This document shows positions 35,424 through 40,428 of a stretch of DNA of 40,428 nucleotides, piece by piece. The notes beneath the pieces are model-generated. The model worked only from the letters and a program-made list of their open reading frames with translations. It had not been told where the DNA came from and ran no database searches. Numbering within the stretch: the first letter of the stretch is position 1; each line of letters begins with the position of its first letter. Source of the stretch: Elusimicrobiota bacterium. GTDB lineage: Bacteria > Elusimicrobiota > Endomicrobiia > Endomicrobiales > JBDRNC01. Both the position numbers and the translations under genes were made by a program. The stretch is from contig JBDRNC010000016.1 in NCBI GenBank assembly GCA_043811535.1, forward strand, positions 1-40,428. Reading direction: 5' to 3'.

Positions 35424-37742
35424 ATGAGACACAGCGTTTTAGCAGGAATCGTAGCAGTGGCAATGGTGTTGTGCGCGGGCATCGGGCTCGCGAAGATGAT
35501 ACATTATGAAACCGAACCCGGCCGGGAGAATCTTTCCCCCTACTTCCTGGTAGGCAACGGTTCGGAAGCCGAGCAGTTCCCTCTCCTCAAAACCGAAGCG
35601 AACGTAAACATTGCCGGAATGTGCACCAATGTAGAACTGGTACAGGTCTACAAGAACAACGGCAGCCAGACAATTGAAGCCATCTACGTCTTTCCGCTCA
35701 GCACAAAATCGGCCGTTCACGCCATGACGATGAAGATCGGCAACCGGATAATCAGGGCGCAGATAGACAAGACCGAGCAGGCGCGCCAGACCTACGAGAA
35801 CGCCAAGAACAACGGCCAGACGGCCTCACTGCTTGTGCAGAAAAGGCCAAACGTTTTCGAGATGAACGTCGCCAACATAATGCCCGGCGACACGGTTGAA
35901 GTAATAGTCCAGTACACCGAAACGCTCGTTCCCGAGCGGGGCGTTTATGAATTCGTCTTCCCCGCGGTAGTCGGCCCCCGCTACACCGGCGAAAGCGACC
36001 CCAATGACCTCCGCGGCAAGGACAACTGGGCCGTAATGCCCTACCTTAAAAAAGGCAGTGAAATACCTTACGGCTTCAACATAACCGTAAACCTTAAGAC
36101 CGGCATCCCCATCTCAAGAGTATGGTCCACCTCGCACCGGGTTGACGTGCGGGATATCGGGCCCGGCGAAGCCGCTGTCCTTCTTCCGTCTTTCGCGCAG
36201 GCGGGCGACCGCGACTACATCCTCAAATACTCACTGCAGGGCAACAAAATCGAGACCGGCCTCCTGCTCTACCCCGGCGAAAAAAAGAATTACTTCCTGC
36301 TGATGCTTGAGCCGCCGGAGAAAGTGAAGCCGGCCATGGTACCCCCGCGCGAATACCTATTCATCGTGGACGTCTCCGGCTCAATGCACGGTTTCCCGCT
36401 GGACGTGTCAAAACAACTCATAACAAATATAATCAACGGGCTAAGATCGGAGGACTATTTCAACATAATGTTCTTCTCGGGCGGCTCAAACGCGCTTTCA
36501 AACACCCCGCTTTCAGCCACGTACTCCAACAAGCAGAAAGCTCTCCAGATGCTCAACTCAATGCAGGGCGGCGGCGGCACCGCGATACTTGACGCGCTCC
36601 AGAAAGCGATGGCCCTTGAGAAAAAAGAAGGGATGTCCCGCATAATAGTGGCCGCCACAGACGGCTACGTCTCCGTGGAAAAAAAGACCTTTGAGCTCAT
36701 CCGCAACAGCCTCGGCGAGGCCAACTTCTTCGCGTTCGGCATCGGCATGAGCGTCAACCGCCACCTCATAGAGGGCATGGCGCGCGCCGGCAATGGCGAC
36801 CCGTTCATAGTCACCAGCCAGCAGGAAGCCAAAGAAACCGCGGAGAAATTCATGGAGTACATAAAATCCCCGCTGCTGACCGATATCAATATCACCTGCG
36901 AGAACTTTGACGGCTTCGCGATTGAACCGCCGCGGCCCGGCGACCTCTTCGCTGAACGCCCGATACTCGTTTACGGCAAGTACAAACACGCGGACGGCCA
37001 GATAATCGTGACCGGCAGGACAGTCAACGGGAAATTCAGGAAGGCCGTGAAGGTCTCAAAGTACCTTGAATCCCGCGACAACATCGCCGTCAAGTACCTC
37101 TGGGCGCGCGAACGGATAAAACAATTATCCGACTTCGGCGAGTACGGCGAATCCGTGCAGGAAGAAGTCACGCAACTGGGTTTAGAATACCACCTGATGA
37201 CACAGTACACATCTTTTGTCGCGGTGGACTCGGAGAAAAGGAATACCGGCGGCAGCATCACAGTAAAACAGCCGCTCCCCCTGCCCGGAGGCGTCAGCAA
37301 TCTGGCGGTCGGAAGCCAAGTCGCGTATAAGTCCAAAAGCGGCGGCGCTCCGGTAATGATGAGAGAATTTGAATGCATCTCGTATGACGCTTCCGATTGC
37401 AAAAAAGCGGAAGAAAAATTAGCGCCCGTGCTCCCGCTTCCCGAAAACCGGCTCCGCGTCACCGGCGGCAAACTGCCCGAAGGCATGACACTCCGCGAAG
37501 TTGAGACCGTCCACCTGACCGCGATAAAGAAAGAACTAACGGATGCTTTCAACAAAGCCGGCATAACCGGACTCACCGTATCCCTAAAGATACAAAACGG
37601 GAAAGTGACGGACGTGAAAGTGCTCAAATACGCCGGAGCGCGCATCGACTGCGACACCGCGGCCCTGGAGAAAATATTCAAGAAAATGCAATGGGATGCC
37701 TCATATACAGGCAATATTGAATTAGAACTAAAAATGTTGTAA
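35424..37742 (+). CDS. Secreted VIT + vWA domain protein
   Basis: Signal peptide, VIT (QVYKN...IEAIYVFPL), MIDAS DVSGSM...GGT...TDG, TQYTSFVAVD; AGGAGG RBS. Confidence 0.92.
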   Translation: MRHSVLAGIVAVAMVLCAGIGLAKMIHYETEPGRENLSPYFLVGNGSEAEQFPLLKTEANVNIAGMCTNVELVQVYKNNGSQTIEAIYVFPLSTKSAVHAMTMKIGNRIIRAQIDKTEQARQTYENAKNNGQTASLLVQKRPNVFEMNVANIMPGDTVEVIVQYTETLVPERGVYEFVFPAVVGPRYTGESDPNDLRGKDNWAVMPYLKKGSEIPYGFNITVNLKTGIPISRVWSTSHRVDVRDIGPGEAAVLLPSFAQAGDRDYILKYSLQGNKIETGLLLYPGEKKNYFLLMLEPPEKVKPAMVPPREYLFIVDVSGSMHGFPLDVSKQLITNIINGLRSEDYFNIMFFSGGSNALSNTPLSATYSNKQKALQMLNSMQGGGGTAILDALQKAMALEKKEGMSRIIVAATDGYVSVEKKTFELIRNSLGEANFFAFGIGMSVNRHLIEGMARAGNGDPFIVTSQQEAKETAEKFMEYIKSPLLTDINITCENFDGFAIEPPRPGDLFAERPILVYGKYKHADGQIIVTGRTVNGKFRKAVKVSKYLESRDNIAVKYLWARERIKQLSDFGEYGESVQEEVTQLGLEYHLMTQYTSFVAVDSEKRNTGGSITVKQPLPLPGGVSNLAVGSQVAYKSKSGGAPVMMREFECISYDASDCKKAEEKLAPVLPLPENRLRVTGGKLPEGMTLREVETVHLTAIKKELTDAFNKAGITGLTVSLKIQNGKVTDVKVLKYAGARIDCDTAALEKIFKKMQWDASYTGNIELELKML

Positions 37743-37745
37743 TGA

Positions 37746-37869
37746 GGCAGACGGAAGAAGGAAGATGGAAGTAGTCAACCTCCCCCTCCTCCCCCCTTGC
37801 GGGGGAGGATCGAGGTGGGGGGTGCCGTGTCGTTGCCGTCATTGCTAGCCCGTAGGGCGCGGCAATCTC
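37746..37869. repeat. Cluster of three repeat types: GGAAGAC ladder, CCTCCCCC-TTGC-GGGGGAGG REP-like hairpin, GTCATTGC..GCAATC element
   Basis: 37746-37773; 37779-37822; 37835-37869 (matches the reverse complement of 32966-32999). Confidence 0.78.
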
Positions 37870-37895
37870 TGCAAAACCCCTCGGAGTTGTCTTTT

Positions 37896-37950
37896 TTAAG
37901 GTCACAAATTGTGACTTTAAAATCAGTACGTGCAAATTTTGCACATACTG
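37896..37950. repeat. Two adjacent 25-27-bp palindromes
   Basis: ttaaggtcacaa-a-ttgtgactttaa and cagtacgtgcaaa-t-tttgcacatactg. Confidence 0.8.
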
Positions 37951-38086
37951 CCTAAGACGGTTGAATTTTTGTATGTAAATTTGTAAAATCTCGACATGAG
38001 CAATCGGGGGAATTGCCATATTCATATCTTAAACCACTAGCCATCATACCGGCCGTGGTTTTTATTTTTAATTTAATGGGGGTAAC

Positions 38087-38587
38087 ATGTGTGATTTAAT
38101 TCCGCAGGTAAAAATCGAGAGTAAGATTTTTGTCATCAGAGGCAAGAAAGTCATTCTAGATAAGGATCTTGCTGGACTATATGGAGTTACGACAGGCGCT
38201 CTAAATCAGGCAGTAAGAAGGAACACAAAACGCTTTCCTGCAGATTTCGTATTTAGATTGAAATTTCAAGAGTTTTATGCTTTGAAATCACAATTTGTGA
38301 TATCAAAGAAAGGCGGTATTAGACAACGTCCATACGCCTTTACTGAAAACGGGGTTGCCATGCTGTCGAGCGTCTTGAACAGCGAGCGCGCAATCCAGGT
38401 TAATATCGCAATCATGAGGACTTTCACCAGATTAAATCAATACTTGTCGACACATAAAGACCTTCTGAGAAAGATCGAAGATATGGAAAAGAAATATGAC
38501 GGCCAATTCCAAATCGTATTTGATGCTATCCGGCAGCTGATAGATGCTCCTGCAAAAAGAATACGCAAAATCGGCTTCCAGAAATAA
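38087..38587 (+). CDS. ORF6N domain DNA-binding protein
   Basis: IRGKKVILDKDLA.LYGV.T..LNQAVRRN..RFP.DF.F.L, PYAFTENGVAMLSSVL.S, C-terminal IGF. Confidence 0.92.
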   Translation: MCDLIPQVKIESKIFVIRGKKVILDKDLAGLYGVTTGALNQAVRRNTKRFPADFVFRLKFQEFYALKSQFVISKKGGIRQRPYAFTENGVAMLSSVLNSERAIQVNIAIMRTFTRLNQYLSTHKDLLRKIEDMEKKYDGQFQIVFDAIRQLIDAPAKRIRKIGFQK

Positions 38588-38592
38588 CTACC

Positions 38593-38623
38593 GCCTCCCG
38601 CCCCTCCCGGAGGGGCGGGAGGC
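38593..38623. repeat. REP palindrome flanking RAYT, copy 1
   Basis: gcctcccgcccctcc-c-ggaggggcgggaggc. Confidence 0.9.
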
Positions 38624-38640
38624 ATCATAATGGGGGATGT

Positions 38641-39306
38641 ATGGGAAAACGCAAAGAGGCGTTAGCTGATAACCACGTATATCATGTTTATACGCGAAGC
38701 ATATCCGAATTCAATGTTTTCAGAAAAGACAGCGATTATCAAAGGTTCATAGATACACTTAACTTTTATACTGCCGTAACTCCCCCCTGCAAATTCTCGG
38801 CTTTCCTTGAATTGTCGGAAGATTCAAAAACAGAAACACTTCAAGCTATCGCAAATTCAGCAAAACTCGTTAAAATACTCTCATTCTGCATCATGCCCAC
38901 CCATGTCCATCTCGTATTGGAACAGCAACAAGAAAATGGAATAACGAAATTCATGAGTGCGATTTTAATGAGTTACAGTTTATTTTTTAACAAACAATAT
39001 AATCGGAAAGGGCCGCTTTGGGAAAGCCGCTTTAGAACCGTACATGTAGAATCTGATGAACAACTGCTCCATTTAACCCGATATGTCCATCTAAATCCTG
39101 TCTCTGTCTACATAACTAATGATCCTAAAGACTGGAAGTTTTCTTCCTACAAGGAATATACCCAGAATAAACCGGAATATGGAAATGGAATATGCAGTTT
39201 TTCCCATTGCATGCAGATTAATCCTCAACATTATGAGAAGTTCGTTTGTGAACGTATTAAATATCAGAGAGAACTTCAAAAGATAAAACACCTCTTTCTG
39301 GATTAG
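38641..39306 (+). CDS. REP-associated tyrosine transposase (RAYT, Y1 HUH family)
   Basis: YHVYTR, FCIMPTHVHL (HUH), R.GPLW..RF, YVHLNP (catalytic Tyr), WKFSS; AT-rich; flanked by REPs. Confidence 0.92.
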   Translation: MGKRKEALADNHVYHVYTRSISEFNVFRKDSDYQRFIDTLNFYTAVTPPCKFSAFLELSEDSKTETLQAIANSAKLVKILSFCIMPTHVHLVLEQQQENGITKFMSAILMSYSLFFNKQYNRKGPLWESRFRTVHVESDEQLLHLTRYVHLNPVSVYITNDPKDWKFSSYKEYTQNKPEYGNGICSFSHCMQINPQHYEKFVCERIKYQRELQKIKHLFLD

Positions 39307-39312
39307 CGCCCC

Positions 39313-39347
39313 CTGCCTCCCGCCCCTCCGGGAGGGGCGGGAGGCAG
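39313..39347. repeat. REP palindrome flanking RAYT, copy 2
   Basis: ctgcctcccgcccctcc-g-ggaggggcgggaggcag. Confidence 0.9.
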
Positions 39348-39424
39348 TGAAGGGGGGTGTGCTTGATTATGGCGTTATAAAGAGATAGAATCATAAAGCA
39401 ATGATTGGCTACCAATCCCAGCCA

Positions 39425-39456
39425 TTCCGCCCCTCCCGGAGGGGCGGGAGGCGGTA
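39425..39456. repeat. REP palindrome flanking RAYT, copy 3
   Basis: ttccgcccctcc-c-ggaggggcgggaggcggta. Confidence 0.85.
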
Positions 39457-39470
39457 AAGAGGGGAACGAC

Positions 39471-39854
39471 ATGAAACGGAAAACTGTAGAGATTTACGCT
39501 TTGGTGGTATGCTTTGCGGCGATATGCACCTTCATGATAGCGCTCGGTATAGGCACCTATGGCCTGGTGAAAATAGTCAAACCCAGCCTTACAATCAGCG
39601 CCTGGACCTACACGATGTACTCCAGCAACCAGAATTACCGCGACCAGAAACTTCATGAAGCCACGGCCAAGGACAAAAAGCCCCTTTCGGAAGAAAAAAT
39701 CACCACAATGCGCCTTAACGGCTGGAAAAGCGAGCTCGGATCCGAAAGAAGAAAAGGTTTCCAGAACTTCGTCCAAAACGCCATATTCGTAGTCATCGCA
39801 ATAGTCGTGTTCCTGTTCCACTGGAAATTAGCACAAAAAGAGAAAAGTGCGTAG
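39471..39854 (+). CDS. Hypothetical two-TM membrane protein
   Basis: GAGGGG RBS before ATG 39471; two hydrophobic helices, C-terminal FHWK. Confidence 0.75.
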   Translation: MKRKTVEIYALVVCFAAICTFMIALGIGTYGLVKIVKPSLTISAWTYTMYSSNQNYRDQKLHEATAKDKKPLSEEKITTMRLNGWKSELGSERRKGFQNFVQNAIFVVIAIVVFLFHWKLAQKEKSA

Positions 39855-39857
39855 TAA

Positions 39858-40039
39858 GCCGTCATTGCGAGGAGCCCGTTAAGCGCGACGCGGCAATCCC
39901 AGTGTCTTAAGTCGTTAGTCGTTCACCAGATACTAGATACCAGATGCCAGATACCGTCGTTAGGTTACCCAATACCCGTTACTCAATACCCAGTACCGTT
40001 GTTAAGTTACCCAATACTCAACACTCAGTACCCAATACT
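39858..40039. repeat. Repeat cluster: GTCATTGCGAG half-element, AGATACC ladder, two TACCCAA ladders
   Basis: 39858-39899; 39926-39955; 39965-39997 and 40007-40039. Confidence 0.78.
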
Positions 40040-40052
40040 GTCGCCACAACCC

Positions 40053-40081
40053 TTGTCTCTATACGTCGAAAATGGTAAAAT
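40053..40081 (+). promoter_or_regulatory. Sigma70 promoter with extended -10, probably leaderless
   Basis: TTGTCT-17-TAAAAT with TG at -15/-14; ATG 6 nt downstream. Confidence 0.62.
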
Positions 40082-40087
40082 ATCAAT

Positions 40088-40285
40088 ATGAACAAGATAT
40101 GGATACATAAAGCAAATTCATTTGAAAACGCAAAGAATTTCGAGAAAAGAAAGGACCTTTCCCTTACACCTTCTCAAAGGCTAAGCAACCTTCAGTTCCT
40201 CAGAGAGGAATATTTCAAGTTCAGGGGTTTGAATGAAAGTAGAAAAAGATTACGAAGAGTTATTAAAGTTATTAAACAAGCATAA
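40088..40285 (+). CDS. Small basic hypothetical protein, probable partner of a nucleotidyltransferase (TA-like pair)
   Basis: 65 aa with SF..A...D....TP..RL...Q.LRE pattern; overlaps the next ORF start. Confidence 0.6.
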   Translation: MNKIWIHKANSFENAKNFEKRKDLSLTPSQRLSNLQFLREEYFKFRGLNESRKRLRRVIKVIKQA

Positions 40286-40322
40286 AGTTATAATACTCGG
40301 GAAAAACTGGGCCACTATTTAG
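40233..40322 (+). pseudogene. N-terminal fragment of a probable nucleotidyltransferase, interrupted by an IS
   Basis: MKVEKDYEELLKLLNKHKV runs directly into an IS-like end at about 40289 and stops at 40322. Confidence 0.5.
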
Positions 40323-40428
40323 GCTGATTTAAGGTGTAAAAAGCAGTATAATGGAAGCCTAAAAGGAGGCCTGAAATGATGCGGAAGAGGTTCGAGGCAG
40401 GGTTCAAAGCAAAGGTAGCGCTGGAGGC
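40289..40428 (+). mobile_element. Left end of an IS3-family insertion sequence (cut by the window edge)
   Basis: IRL-like TATAATACTCGGGAAAAACTGGGCCAC followed by an AGGAGG RBS and OrfA start. Confidence 0.68.
40376..40428 (+). CDS. IS3-family transposase OrfA, partial
   Basis: MMRKRFEAGFKAKVALEA, a typical HTH_Tnp_1 start. Confidence 0.78.
   Translation, partial: MMRKRFEAGFKAKVALE

Noticed and set aside
37678..38025. 115-aa minus-strand ORF containing LKSQFVTL
   Set aside because: Made of translated repeats and palindromes and overlaps the VIT gene end; treated as non-coding
39405..39470. N-terminal extension of the 39471 gene (similar cases at 2399, 27956, 31847, 24067)
   Set aside because: The extensions are translated repeat or promoter DNA; better starts lie downstream

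Overview
A 40 kb bacterial chromosomal window (coding DNA roughly 50% GC by eye), probably from an uncultured anaerobe; an Elusimicrobiota-like origin is a guess that the sequence alone cannot prove. It is mostly housekeeping: secE-nusG-rplK-rplA, comEC, nadK, recN, a four-subunit 2-oxoacid:ferredoxin oxidoreductase operon, the phoH-HD phosphodiesterase-ybeY-2xCNNM-recO-glyQ-glyS operon (minus strand) and aspS. An accessory right end carries two DUF922-like peptidase paralogs, an ECF sigma/anti-sigma/VIT-vWA module, ORF6N, a REP-flanked RAYT transposase and an IS3-family element interrupting a probable nucleotidyltransferase gene. Three things stand out. (1) An AT-rich DUF3800 (RNase H-like) gene between nadK and recN faces a convergent ~85-nt structured ncRNA with its own near-consensus sigma70 promoter (TTGACA-17-TATACT), a three-way junction with a GAAA tetraloop, and a U6 end; this is a candidate protein-ncRNA system. 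(2) Most gene junctions hold hairpin elements: several families of 7/8/9-mer ladder inverted repeats and REP-like palindromes, often nested and sometimes forming protein C-termini. (3) 25-27-bp palindromes occur both inside the ORF6N reading frame and as orphan copies just upstream of it. No CRISPR array, rRNA or tRNA was seen. Family assignments come from motif recognition, not database searches.
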